From Gammaproteobacteria bacterium (lineage in GTDB: Bacteria; Pseudomonadota; Gammaproteobacteria; WFUO01): DNA of 64,000 nt. The translations under genes were made by a program, and so were the position numbers. Every line of letters starts with the position of its first letter. Position 1 is the stretch's first letter. Of this stretch, positions 12,661-22,103 are shown piece after piece. The stretch lies in NCBI GenBank assembly GCA_015484945.1, contig WFUO01000035.1, positions 60,096 to 124,095 on the forward strand, given 5' to 3'. Under the pieces are notes generated by a model. The model saw nothing but the letters and a program-made list of their open reading frames with translations, ran no database searches and was not told the DNA's origin.

Positions 12661-13095
12661 ATGTTCACCACTGATCGCAACCAATTACGTACCTTCTATC
12701 GCGAGGCCTGGCAAAAACACCGTGAATCCCGGCCCATGGAGCCGCTGGAAAGCCAGATCGTCGATGTCATTCTCATGCATCCCGAATACCATGATCTGCT
12801 CGAAGGCCCGCAAGACAACCTCTCACGCGACTACCACCCCGAAGACGGCCGGGAAAACCCCTTCCTGCACATGGGCCTGCACCTGGCTCTGCGCGAACAA
12901 CTGGCTACAGGACGCCCTGCACTGTGCCGCAAGATCTTTGACCAGCTGCTCGGCATCAATGGCGATGCCCACCGCACCGAACACGCGATGATGGAGTGTC
13001 TCGCCGAGGCCCTCTATCAGGCACAGCGCCAGGGCGGCATGCCTGATGAAAGGGCCTACACGACCTGTTTGCGGCACCTGCTGATCAAAAAATAG
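12661..13095 (+). CDS. hypothetical protein (DUF1841-like)
   Basis: ATG at 12661 gives 144 aa (track ORF starts earlier and overlaps nth); family assignment from memory only. Confidence 0.45.
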   Translation: MFTTDRNQLRTFYREAWQKHRESRPMEPLESQIVDVILMHPEYHDLLEGPQDNLSRDYHPEDGRENPFLHMGLHLALREQLATGRPALCRKIFDQLLGINGDAHRTEHAMMECLAEALYQAQRQGGMPDERAYTTCLRHLLIKK

Positions 13096-13267
13096 ACAGC
13101 GTGCTTGCCAAGCGGCTGAATTTCACCCTATTCTGTGATGGATTTTGAAACTTTTACAGACCAGGCCTGTCTATTCCAGCGGTTCAGTGCATAATGATGT
13201 CAGCCGGCATCCTGCCGCACACAACCAGACAACATTGATTTTGACCATTCAGATGGAGAGAAAACCC

Positions 13268-13678
13268 ATGTCCAGGAAACCAGTCAAGAAAACCCTCGCG
13301 GCCGCCATGGGCGCAGCGTTTGCCACCAGTCTCGCCACCAACCCGGTTCAGGCTGCGGAGAACCCGTTTGCGATGACCGAATTGTCCAGTGGCTACAAGC
13401 TCGCCGCCATGGAGGGCAAATGTGGTGAAGGCAAGTGCGGCGAAGGAAAATGCGGCGGCAAGATGAAGCCCAAGCCAAAGCCCAAGATGGAAGGTAAGTG
13501 CGGCGAAGGAAAATGCGGCGGCAAGATGATGGAAGGCAACAAGATGAAGCCCAAGCCAAAGCCCAAGATGGAAGGCAAGTGCGGCGAAGGAAAATGCGGC
13601 GGCAAGATGATGGAAGGCAACAAGATGAAAGCCAAGCCCAAGTCAAAAATGGAAGGCAAGTGCGGCGGCATGATGTAA
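13268..13678 (+). CDS. secreted Cys-repeat RiPP precursor (bufferin/HvfA-like metallophore precursor, EGKCG-repeat type)
   Basis: Sec signal peptide [29 protein letters not shown]|AENPF; core carries 8 EGKCG motifs separated by KPKPKPK spacers; immediately followed by DUF692 and DUF2063 genes; alternative ATG at 13253. Confidence 0.75.
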   Translation: MSRKPVKKTLAAAMGAAFATSLATNPVQAAENPFAMTELSSGYKLAAMEGKCGEGKCGEGKCGGKMKPKPKPKMEGKCGEGKCGGKMMEGNKMKPKPKPKMEGKCGEGKCGGKMMEGNKMKAKPKSKMEGKCGGMM

Positions 13679-13680
13679 GG
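13390..13680 (+). repeat. in-frame tandem repeat (81-nt unit x2 plus partial units) encoding [27 protein letters not shown]
   Basis: near-identical 81-nt units visible at 13486-13566 and 13567-13647 with shorter related units on both sides. Confidence 0.8.
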
Positions 13681-13691
13681 AGCCGGACCTC

Positions 13692-14546
13692 ATGACAACC
13701 ACCTACCCCGTTCAGGGTGCCGGTCTCGGCCTGCGGCGATCCATGCTGGAGTCGCTGGCTGATGCGCCGGAGACAGCGATCGACTTCATGGAAGTCGCGC
13801 CCGAAAACTGGATGGGCGTAGGTGGCGCCTTTGGGCGCCAGTTTCGCGCCTTCACAGAGCGTTATCCGTTCGTCACCCATGGCCTGTCGCTGTCAATCGG
13901 CAGCCCATCGCCTTTGGATATGGATTTTCTCCATCGGCTCAGGAACTTCCTGTGCGAACATGATATCCGCCTGTATTCCGAGCATCTGAGCTATTGCAGT
14001 GACGATGGTCACCTGTACGACCTGATGCCCATTCCTTTCACCGAAGAGGCCGTGCATTACGTGGCCGGGCGTATCCGTCAGGTACAGGACGTACTGGAAC
14101 AACGCATCGCCATTGAAAACGTTTCCTACTACGCGGCCCCCGGCAAGGAAATGGAAGAGATCGATTTCATCAATGCCGTACTCGAAGAGGCAGACTGCGG
14201 CTTGTTGCTCGATGTAAACAACATCTATGTCAACAGCGTCAATCATGGATACGACGCCGAGAGCTTCCTGTGTGCCCTGCCCGGCGAACGCATCGACTAT
14301 TTCCATATCGCGGGTCACTACAACGAGGATGTCGATCTGATCGTGGACACCCACGGGGCCGATGTCATCGATCCGGTCTGGGCGCTGCTCGACAAGGCCT
14401 ATGCGCATTTTGGCGTCGTGCCCACGTTGCTGGAACGGGACTTCAACATTCCGCCACTGGCTGATCTGATGATCGAGGTGGAAAGGATCCGCCACATACA
14501 GAAACTTCACGAAAACGATCATGAACAGCGTATCGCCCAAGGCTGA
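13692..14546 (+). CDS. DUF692 / MNIO (MbnB-like multinuclear non-heme iron oxidative) RiPP maturase
   Basis: 284 aa TIM-barrel-type DUF692 sequence ([11 protein letters not shown]...HLSYCS...IENVSYY...HIAGH); 14 bp after precursor stop. Confidence 0.85.
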   Translation: MTTTYPVQGAGLGLRRSMLESLADAPETAIDFMEVAPENWMGVGGAFGRQFRAFTERYPFVTHGLSLSIGSPSPLDMDFLHRLRNFLCEHDIRLYSEHLSYCSDDGHLYDLMPIPFTEEAVHYVAGRIRQVQDVLEQRIAIENVSYYAAPGKEMEEIDFINAVLEEADCGLLLDVNNIYVNSVNHGYDAESFLCALPGERIDYFHIAGHYNEDVDLIVDTHGADVIDPVWALLDKAYAHFGVVPTLLERDFNIPPLADLMIEVERIRHIQKLHENDHEQRIAQG

Positions 14547-15291
14547 AAAACCGGCCTTCATTCGCAAACAGCTTGAGTTTGCCGCGCATATCCGTCACCC
14601 CGGGATCAATCCCGCGCCACAGGACATCGAACCACGGCGCATGAATATCTATACCGAGCTGTTCTACAACAACATCGAAAATTTCGTCAGTACGGCGTTT
14701 CCGGTACTGCGCGAAATCACCGCCGACGATGACTGGCATGCCATGGTGCGTGACTTCATGTACCGGCATCGTTGTCAGACACCCTACTTTCTGGAGATTC
14801 CCGAGGAATTCCTCGACTATCTACAAAATGAACGCAAAGAGATGGACGACCCACCCTGGCTGGTCGAACTGGCCCATTATGAATGGGTGGAGCTGGCCCT
14901 GTCGGTGTTCGACGAGGATACAGACGACCAGGCATTCAATCCTGACGGTCACCTGCTGGAAAGTGTGCCACGCCTCTCACCATTGGCATGGCCACTGGCC
15001 TACCGCTATGCCGTTCACCGTATCGGGCCTGATCAGCTGCCTGAAAAAGAGGAACCGACCCAGTTCGTCGTTTACCGTGACGACAATGATGAAATCCACT
15101 TCCTCGAGATCAATCCGGTTACCTACCGGCTGCTTGAGCTGCTCAATCAAGACAATACATTGAATGGCCGTCAGCTGCTGTTACGTATCGCCGAAGAAAT
15201 CGGACATCCCGATCCAGACGCCGTCGTCGATGCCGGGCATGAGATCATGCAAGACCTGCGCGAGCGCGGCATTCTCGACATTGCCCGCTAA
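14521..15291 (+). CDS. DUF2063 family partner protein (BufC/HvfC/MbnC-like)
   Basis: 256 aa; start overlaps DUF692 gene end by 26 nt (translational coupling); N-terminal YNNIENF-type region typical of DUF2063 partners of DUF692 enzymes. Confidence 0.75.
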   Translation: MNSVSPKAEKPAFIRKQLEFAAHIRHPGINPAPQDIEPRRMNIYTELFYNNIENFVSTAFPVLREITADDDWHAMVRDFMYRHRCQTPYFLEIPEEFLDYLQNERKEMDDPPWLVELAHYEWVELALSVFDEDTDDQAFNPDGHLLESVPRLSPLAWPLAYRYAVHRIGPDQLPEKEEPTQFVVYRDDNDEIHFLEINPVTYRLLELLNQDNTLNGRQLLLRIAEEIGHPDPDAVVDAGHEIMQDLRERGILDIAR

Positions 15292-15532
15292 CTATCACGA
15301 TACATGCAGGCGTCAGCATTCCCCCTGCCTGCACGGGGAACTTTACTAGCCAGACCGGGTCTATTGGCTACCACCATTGACAAGACGAAAAATCAGCCGA
15401 TACGACAGGTCGTGGCGTGTCATTTTGCCACGAGATGGCATGCCAGCCCTGAAGACACCGGCAACGGCCCGTTACTCGTGATAAAAATTCGAATAGTTCA
15501 ATTGGCTGCCAGGTCACCAAGGAGAACCCGAT

Positions 15533-16243
15533 ATGTCACTGAAGCAATCGTTTGGCAAGACAGCGTGCCTGTTGAACCACCTGATGGAAAAAACCAGAGC
15601 GGCCGACTTCACAGCATCCCTGCTGTTGCGCCTCTACCTGGCTCCCATCTTTCTGATGGCGGCAATCAACAAATTCAAGCTCACCGATGACAGGCTTTTT
15701 GGTATTCCGGTACCGGAAACCGTGCTGGGCCTGTTCCCCGTGGTGGACCCGAATATCATCAACTGGTTCGGCAACAGTCAGTGGGGGCTGGGCATGCCAG
15801 CCCCGGAGCTGATGGCCTACCTTTCGGCCTATACGGAATTTTTTGGCGCCATTTTACTGTTGCTTGGGCTTGCGACCCGCTGGATCAGTATCCCGCTGAT
15901 GGTCACCATGCTCGTCGCCGCACTGACTGTACACATAAAAAATGGCTGGCTCGCGATCGCCGATGGAAAGATGTTCCTGTTTGCCAATGAACGGGTCATG
16001 GACGCGCTGGAGAGAAAGGCGCGCGCGATCAGCATCCTCAAGGAACACGGCAATTGGCAGTGGTTGACCAATAATGGCGAGTATTCCTACGTGGTTCTCA
16101 ACAATGGCATCGAGTTTGCCGCCACCTATTTCGTGATGCTGCTGGCGCTGTTCTTTCTTGGCGGCGGCAGGTATGTATCGGCCGACTACTGGATCAGGCG
16201 GCGTTTCCGGTGTGAAGTGGACAAACTCGCCAGCCAGGGCTAG
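15533..16243 (+). CDS. DoxX family membrane protein
   Basis: 236 aa, 4 predicted TM helices; DoxX is the usual fourth gene of DUF692/DUF2063 metallophore operons. Confidence 0.8.
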   Translation: MSLKQSFGKTACLLNHLMEKTRAADFTASLLLRLYLAPIFLMAAINKFKLTDDRLFGIPVPETVLGLFPVVDPNIINWFGNSQWGLGMPAPELMAYLSAYTEFFGAILLLLGLATRWISIPLMVTMLVAALTVHIKNGWLAIADGKMFLFANERVMDALERKARAISILKEHGNWQWLTNNGEYSYVVLNNGIEFAATYFVMLLALFFLGGGRYVSADYWIRRRFRCEVDKLASQG

Positions 16244-16320
16244 CAGCCCGGGCACGGCAAAACGGGTCCCGGGGTAACCTGTCGGTATCAAGCAGCGGTA
16301 TTCGATACGGCGCGCACAAT

Positions 16321-16510
16321 GGCGCGGAGCCACGGAGAAAATGTAGGTGTTCAAACAGGCCTTTCAATCAACCCCTCTGTGGCTCCGTGGCTCTGTGATC
16401 TCCGTGTTTATTCACGCCACCTGCCAGCGTCACCCCGGATTACGGCCTGCGGCCTTGCATCCGGGTTACGCTACTTTGTGTTCTCCGCGTTGACCCACGA
16501 TCTGTGATAT
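16321..16510. repeat. MITE-like intergenic repeat, CACGGAGAAAATGT type
   Basis: GAGCCACGGAGAAAATGT...CTCTGTGGCTCCGTGGCTCTGTGATCTCCGTG hairpin ends; internal GGATTACGGCCTGCGGCC and TTCTCCGCGTTGA segments shared with copies at 23088 and 29881. Confidence 0.5.
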
Positions 16511-16522
16511 TACCCATCACAT

Positions 16523-16915
16523 TCAGGACGCCATCTTGGGCGCCAGCAGTTCGATTTGATAACCATCGGGGTCCTCGACGAAGGCAATGATGGTACTACC
16601 GGCATTCATTGGCCCGGGCTCGCGGATGATCTTGCCGCCCTTTTCCCTGATCTTCTCCGCGGCCGCATAGACATCATCGACCTCGATGGCCAGGTGACCA
16701 AAACCGTCACCCAGGTCATAATGATCGGTATCCCAGTTCCAGGTCAGCTCGATCACGGTATTTTCCGATTCTTCTCCATAGCCTACGAAGGCAAGGGTAA
16801 ACCGCCCGTCTGGATAATCCTTGCGCCGTAGCAGGCGCATGCCCAGTACCTGGGTATAGAAATCGATGGAACGCTCGAGATCACCGACGCGTATCATGGT
16901 GTGCAGCAGGCGCAT
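16523..16915 (-). CDS. gloA: lactoylglutathione lyase (glyoxalase I)
   Basis: 130 aa [21 protein letters not shown]...; VOC fold with metal ligands. Confidence 0.9.
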   Translation of the reverse strand: MRLLHTMIRVGDLERSIDFYTQVLGMRLLRRKDYPDGRFTLAFVGYGEESENTVIELTWNWDTDHYDLGDGFGHLAIEVDDVYAAAEKIREKGGKIIREPGPMNAGSTIIAFVEDPDGYQIELLAPKMAS

Positions 16916-16945
16916 ACTGTTCTCCTTGCAAGGTTCCCGCGTGCA

Positions 16946-19900
16946 TTATGCCGCGCCCTCATGCTTGCAAACAAGCGGCTGTGGCCGTCCGATCGCATAA
17001 CCCTGTACATAGTCTATGCCAATCATCCGCAGGCGCTCGAGAACGATATCATTCTCGACGAACTCGGCCACAGTACGCACCCCCATGATGTGACCCACCT
17101 GGTTGATTGCCACCACCATGGCATGATCGACTGGGTCGTCGATGATATCACGGATGAAACTGCCATCTATCTTGAGATAATCCACCTGCAGATTCTTCAG
17201 ATACGAGAAGGAACTCAGGCCGCTGCCAAAATCGTCCAGCGAAAAGCTGCATCCAGTTTCCCGCATCCTGTGAATGAACTCATTGGCACTGGTGAGGTTG
17301 GATACCGCCGCAGTCTCGGTGATCTCGAAACATATCCGCGTGGTGTCGATATCATGAGCATCGATGGATTCTATGACAAAATCACAAAACCCCTGATCTC
17401 CCAGTGACTGCCCGGACAGGTTGATGGTAATACTGAGCCTTTCACCCTGCTTCTGGTACTGCTCGACCTGCCTGAATGCATTACTGATTACCCAGCGATC
17501 TATATCAGGCATCAGATGGTAGCGTTCAGCAGCAGGAATAAAACTTGCCGGCAAAACGATATCACCGTCATCATCGAGCATGCGTAACAGGATCTCGAAA
17601 TGACTGCCATCGGCCTCGGTATTGAGCGGCCTGATCTCCTGATAGTACAGACACAGCTTGTTTTCCTTCAGGCACTGCTTGATACGCTGCACCCATTCAA
17701 GCTCGGTATGATGCCTGGCCAGTTCCGTATCGTCCGGTGAATAACAATGGATACGGTTTCGCCCCAGATCCTTGGCGACATAGCAGGCCGCGTCCGCGGC
17801 GCCGAGAATATCGCTCATAGACCCACTATGCGCATGTATTGGCACCAGACCGATGCTGACGCCGGTATCGAACTGACGATCCTCCCAACTGAAACGGTAT
17901 TCCGAGATCTCTGCGCGTATCTTTTCTGCTATCTTCATCGCGTCATCGAGCGAACAATGCTCCAACAGCAAGCCAAACTCGTCACCACCCAGACGCGCCA
18001 GGGTATCACCCTCCCTGATACTGCCTTGTAGAAGTGTTGCCAGCTGCTGAAGGAGCTGATCGCCCGCCACATGGCCACAACTATCATTGACGATCTTGAA
18101 CTGATCCAGATCCATATAACACAGGGCATGAGGCACATTGTCATTACGCGCACTCTGCAGACATTTCTCCAGTTTGCGTTCGAACTCACGCCGGTTTATC
18201 AGCCCGGTCAATGGGTCGTGATTGGCCTGAAAGCTGAGACGTTGGGCCATGTCCCACATCTCGCTGACATCATGTATGACCATGACCACGCCATCGATAT
18301 CGCCCATGTCTCCTCTGATCGGGGCTGCTGTCAGCTTGACCGCATACTCCCTGCCATCATTGCGCACAGCGATACAATTGTCGCTATAGTTGACCAGCTC
18401 GCCTGTCGTTGAGCATTGTGAAACAGGGTCCGGCATGGGCTCACGCGTTTCCGCATTCATGAAGCACAAGATCTCCTTTACCCTTCTCCCCCTGGCGGTG
18501 TTGTTGTCAATGCCGGCCAGCTGTTCCGCAACCGGATTGATATAGTGGATCCTGAGATAACGGTTTGTGGTAATGACACCATCACCGATAGACTGTAGTG
18601 TGATCAGTGCACGCTCCTTTTGCTTCCTCAGGGCTTCTTCGACGAGCTTGATACTGCTGATGTCTCGCGTGGTTCCCTCTATACCGACTATCTTTCCACT
18701 GTCGTCGTAGCAGGCCTGGGCATTGGTCGATACCCAAATGATACGTCCATCCTTGCGCCGCAGGCGTACCTGGTAGTCAACCACGCTCATGTCGTTCTCT
18801 TCCATGGCCTTGAGAAAACGCTCACGGTCTGCTTGATTGACGTAATAATCCGCCATCCTGCTGCCCAGCATCTCGTCCATTGTATAACCGAGCAATTTTT
18901 CTGCTGATCTCGAGATATGCGTTACAATCCCGTCCATATCCACCCGATAGTAAGTATCCTGCATATTGTTGAGAATACTGGCCAATTCCTTTTGCGATTT
19001 TCGTAACGAGATCTCGGTATTGATCCGTTCGATGGCTTCGTCTTCCAGTTGCTGACGCAACTGTTTTTCGTGACGAATGACACGCATCAGGTAGATGCCG
19101 AATATCAGCAACAACAGCATCAGCACACCAGCTGCGATCAATGGCAACCGGTAGCGTTGCAGCGCCTCATTCAGGGAAAAATACTCTGTTCCAGCATATG
19201 GGCCGACACGAATTTCGCGCATCAAATCATGCACCGGACGATAACTCAACGGCGTATCCCAGCCAAAGCTCATGGCCGCGCTCGCGGCAGGCGAATCGGG
19301 TGGCAAACGCAACAGTTCCACCGCAACCTGACGCGCAAGTTGGTCTGACACATGAGGCAGACGCGCAAAGGGCCACTCGGGGTACAACTGTGTACTCAAC
19401 GCAAACGGAAAGCCTTTGACCTTTCTGAGATTGATGATTTTCAGTACGCCCTGTTTGATCTTACCCTCTGCGATCATGCGTTCGAGTGAATCGGTCCGGA
19501 AGGTGCCTGCATCGACCAGGCCATCACGAACCGCATACGCAACCGCATCCTGGGGAAAGCCGCTGAAACGCAATGCCCTAAAATCCCTGAACGGATCGAT
19601 ACCATGATGCTTGAGTTCCCGCCAGGCCATCTGAAACCCGCCGAACCCATCGCGTTTGACGCCCATGAAGGTTTTGCCCTTCAGATCGGCAAGGGTACGA
19701 ATATCGTCTCGGTCGGCACGCACGAATATCACTGCGCCAAAACGGCTGTATGGCCTTCCGCGGCGACGGTTGCGCAGCGTGGCCAGCGCACTGAGACGGT
19801 AGCGTGCCTCCAGGGTGACGAAATTGCCGGTATTGGTGAGCAGGAAATCGATGTGGCGGTTGGCTACGGCCGGTCCGGTTTCTGCGAGATCAAGGGGTAC

Positions 19901-20095
19901 GATGATGAATCGATGACCTGGTATCCTGCGGCTCAGATAGCGCGCGGTCGGCTCCCACATGCGCAGGGCCATGTCGCCTCCACGATAGGCAAGCACACCG
20001 ATGCGCACGATACGCTGTTCCTGTGCCTGAACATAAAACGGCAGCAGTAACACGGTCAGCAGATAGAGTGACAAACAGCCCGGAATTCTTTTCAT
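16946..20095 (-). CDS. sensor diguanylate cyclase/phosphodiesterase (periplasmic SBP-like domain, TM, PAS, GGDEF, EAL)
   Basis: 1049 aa; signal peptide plus PhnD/SsuA-like binding domain, TM, PAS (DGIVTHISRSAEKLLGYT), intact GGDEF (RLGGDEFG), EAL domain (EILLRM...DDFGSG...KID). Confidence 0.88.
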   Translation of the reverse strand: MKRIPGCLSLYLLTVLLLPFYVQAQEQRIVRIGVLAYRGGDMALRMWEPTARYLSRRIPGHRFIIVPLDLAETGPAVANRHIDFLLTNTGNFVTLEARYRLSALATLRNRRRGRPYSRFGAVIFVRADRDDIRTLADLKGKTFMGVKRDGFGGFQMAWRELKHHGIDPFRDFRALRFSGFPQDAVAYAVRDGLVDAGTFRTDSLERMIAEGKIKQGVLKIINLRKVKGFPFALSTQLYPEWPFARLPHVSDQLARQVAVELLRLPPDSPAASAAMSFGWDTPLSYRPVHDLMREIRVGPYAGTEYFSLNEALQRYRLPLIAAGVLMLLLLIFGIYLMRVIRHEKQLRQQLEDEAIERINTEISLRKSQKELASILNNMQDTYYRVDMDGIVTHISRSAEKLLGYTMDEMLGSRMADYYVNQADRERFLKAMEENDMSVVDYQVRLRRKDGRIIWVSTNAQACYDDSGKIVGIEGTTRDISSIKLVEEALRKQKERALITLQSIGDGVITTNRYLRIHYINPVAEQLAGIDNNTARGRRVKEILCFMNAETREPMPDPVSQCSTTGELVNYSDNCIAVRNDGREYAVKLTAAPIRGDMGDIDGVVMVIHDVSEMWDMAQRLSFQANHDPLTGLINRREFERKLEKCLQSARNDNVPHALCYMDLDQFKIVNDSCGHVAGDQLLQQLATLLQGSIREGDTLARLGGDEFGLLLEHCSLDDAMKIAEKIRAEISEYRFSWEDRQFDTGVSIGLVPIHAHSGSMSDILGAADAACYVAKDLGRNRIHCYSPDDTELARHHTELEWVQRIKQCLKENKLCLYYQEIRPLNTEADGSHFEILLRMLDDDGDIVLPASFIPAAERYHLMPDIDRWVISNAFRQVEQYQKQGERLSITINLSGQSLGDQGFCDFVIESIDAHDIDTTRICFEITETAAVSNLTSANEFIHRMRETGCSFSLDDFGSGLSSFSYLKNLQVDYLKIDGSFIRDIIDDPVDHAMVVAINQVGHIMGVRTVAEFVENDIVLERLRMIGIDYVQGYAIGRPQPLVCKHEGAA

Positions 20096-20216
20096 GCCAA
20101 TACGGGAAGATGAGCCTTCTGGCTGCCAGGGTACATGCAGCCTGTAACGGCAGGCAGCAGGGTACCTTTAATATATACCTGCTACAATGAAGGGCTTATA
20201 GGTGATACAGGCCGAC

Positions 20217-21434
20217 TCACTCCTGTAGCCGGCGTGCGCCGATACGCAGACGCAGAGCATTGAGACGGATGAAGCCTTGTGCGTCCTTCTGGTCATAAGC
20301 GCCTGCATCGTCTTCGAACGTGGCAATATTTTCGTCGAACAGACTGTCTTTTTCCGACCTGCGGCCAACAACGACAACATTGCCCTTGTACAGCTTCAGA
20401 CGTACTTCACCATTGACGTGCCGCTGGGACTCATCGATCAGGCGCTGCAACATTTCTCGTTCAGGGCTCCACCAGTAGCCGTTGTAGATCAGGGTCGCAT
20501 AGCGCGGCATCAACTCGTCTTTCAGATGCGCGGCCTCGCGATCCAGCGTCAGGGATTCGATGGCGCGGTGCGCCTTGAGCATGACCGTGCCCGCAGGGGT
20601 CTCGTAGCAGCCACGGGACTTCATCCCCACGTAGCGATTCTCGACGATGTCGTCACGGCCAATGCCGTTCGCACCGGCGATGCGATTGAGTGTCTCCATG
20701 ACCGTAGCGGGACTCATGGACTCCCCGTCGATGGCGACGATGTCTCCATGTTCATAGGTCAGGGTGATATAGGTCGGCTCATCAGGCGCCTTTTCGGGTG
20801 ACACCGTCCAGCGCCACATGGATTCCTCGGGCTCGGCCCAGGGATCTTCCAGAATGCCACCTTCGTAGGAGATGTGCAGCAGGTTGGCATCCATCGAATA
20901 GGGTGATTTGCCACCCTGTTTCTGCTCGATGGCAATGCCCTGCTGCTCGGCGTAGGCCATGAGCTTTTCGCGCGAGTTCAGGTCCCATTCACGCCAGGGC
21001 GCGATAACACGGATTCCCGGCTTGAGGGCATAGGCCCCCAGTTCGAAGCGGACCTGGTCGTTGCCCTTGCCGGTGGCGCCATGCGAGATCGCATCGGCAC
21101 CGGTCTCGTTGGCGATTTCGACCAGCCGCCTGGCGATGAGCGGGCGCGCAATCGAGGTGCCAAGCAGATACTCGCCCTCATAGACGGCATTGGCACGAAG
21201 CATCGGAAACACATAGTCGCGTGCGAAGTCCTCGCGCAGATCCTCGATGTAGATTTCGCGTATGCCCAGTGCCTCGGCCTTGGCGCGCGCCGGTTCCACT
21301 TCCTCGCCCTGACCGATATCAGCGGTAAAGGTCACGACCTCGCAATCATAGACATCCTGCAACCACTTGAGGATGACCGAGGTATCGAGACCGCCGGAAT
21401 AGGCCAGCACGACCTTGTTGATCTTGTCACTCAT
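20217..21434 (-). CDS. argG: argininosuccinate synthase
   Basis: [25 protein letters not shown]...; ~405 aa; start chosen at internal Met. Confidence 0.93.
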   Translation of the reverse strand: MSDKINKVVLAYSGGLDTSVILKWLQDVYDCEVVTFTADIGQGEEVEPARAKAEALGIREIYIEDLREDFARDYVFPMLRANAVYEGEYLLGTSIARPLIARRLVEIANETGADAISHGATGKGNDQVRFELGAYALKPGIRVIAPWREWDLNSREKLMAYAEQQGIAIEQKQGGKSPYSMDANLLHISYEGGILEDPWAEPEESMWRWTVSPEKAPDEPTYITLTYEHGDIVAIDGESMSPATVMETLNRIAGANGIGRDDIVENRYVGMKSRGCYETPAGTVMLKAHRAIESLTLDREAAHLKDELMPRYATLIYNGYWWSPEREMLQRLIDESQRHVNGEVRLKLYKGNVVVVGRRSEKDSLFDENIATFEDDAGAYDQKDAQGFIRLNALRLRIGARRLQE

Positions 21435-22020
21435 GATGCCGCTCTCCACCACGGGCGGCATGCCCGTCGATTACCGGAAAACGGCATTATACCCGAATAT
21501 CCCGATGCCGTGCATGCCGGATGCCATACAGTACGAAGTCAAACAGAGAACACGGAAGATATTGAACCAACGTGAGATGAATCCACCTGACCGAAGTTTC
21601 CTAGCCCGGATATTGCATCAGCATCCCGGGAACCGGCGGCACTCGCAGCCGCTGTGGCGCCGGTTTGGAACGAAAGCCATAGCCGCTCTATGGCTTGAGT
21701 GAAAACCCGGCCACAGCGAGTGAGAAATCGCCGGAATCGGGATAGAACCGTACGGTGAACAAGCGGTTACCGGTGACAATCTGCGGTTTTGATCCATTTT
21801 GTACCCTGTTTCAGTTGGTTATGTTCTCAGTACGGTTCGGCAGGTGCAATATTCGGGCTAGACCGCCACTGAACGCCATGACAAAAGATATTCGCAACGG
21901 GGCACAGGGCTCGAACGGATTATGAGGAATAACCGTGAACTATTGTCATTCCCATGTTCCACAAAAAATGGCAAGTATGGACCTTGATATCCTGTCGGAA
22001 AACTTCGGGGTGAATCAGCC

Positions 22021-22085
22021 TGCCGGCGCCACATGTATTCCCCTCCGTGGCTCTGTGTCTCCGTGACCTCCGTGCAGAACTCGGC
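22021..22085. repeat. solo end fragment of the CTCCGTG repeat family
   Basis: CCTGCCGGCGCCACATGTATTCCCCTCCGTGGCTCTGTGTCTCCGTGACCTCCGTG resembles the right end of the 29881 copy (CCTGCCGGCACACCCACAAGGATTTTCTCCGTGGCTCCGTG). Confidence 0.35.
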
Positions 22086-22103
22086 TAACAAACCGTTACG
22101 GCT

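Noticed and set aside
13268-13678. Possibility that the EGKCG-repeat ORF is just a low-complexity spurious ORF or a generic metallothionein-like lipoprotein
   Set aside because: It has a clean Sec signal peptide with AxA cleavage site and tight coupling (14 nt) to a DUF692 gene. The full four-gene set characteristic of MNIO metallophore operons argues for a real RiPP precursor.
13284-13880. 198-aa minus-strand ORF and the 13498-13695 plus-strand ORF ([15 protein letters not shown] repeats) overlapping the precursor and DUF692 genes
   Set aside because: They are alternative-frame readings of the tandem repeat. The EGKCG frame is the one followed by conserved DUF692/DUF2063/DoxX partners and has a proper signal peptide.
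16244-16300. CCCGGG...CCCGGG palindromic pair right after the doxX stop as a terminator
   Set aside because: The stem would enclose a 15-nt loop and lacks a T-tract. More likely it is the edge of the adjacent repeat element.
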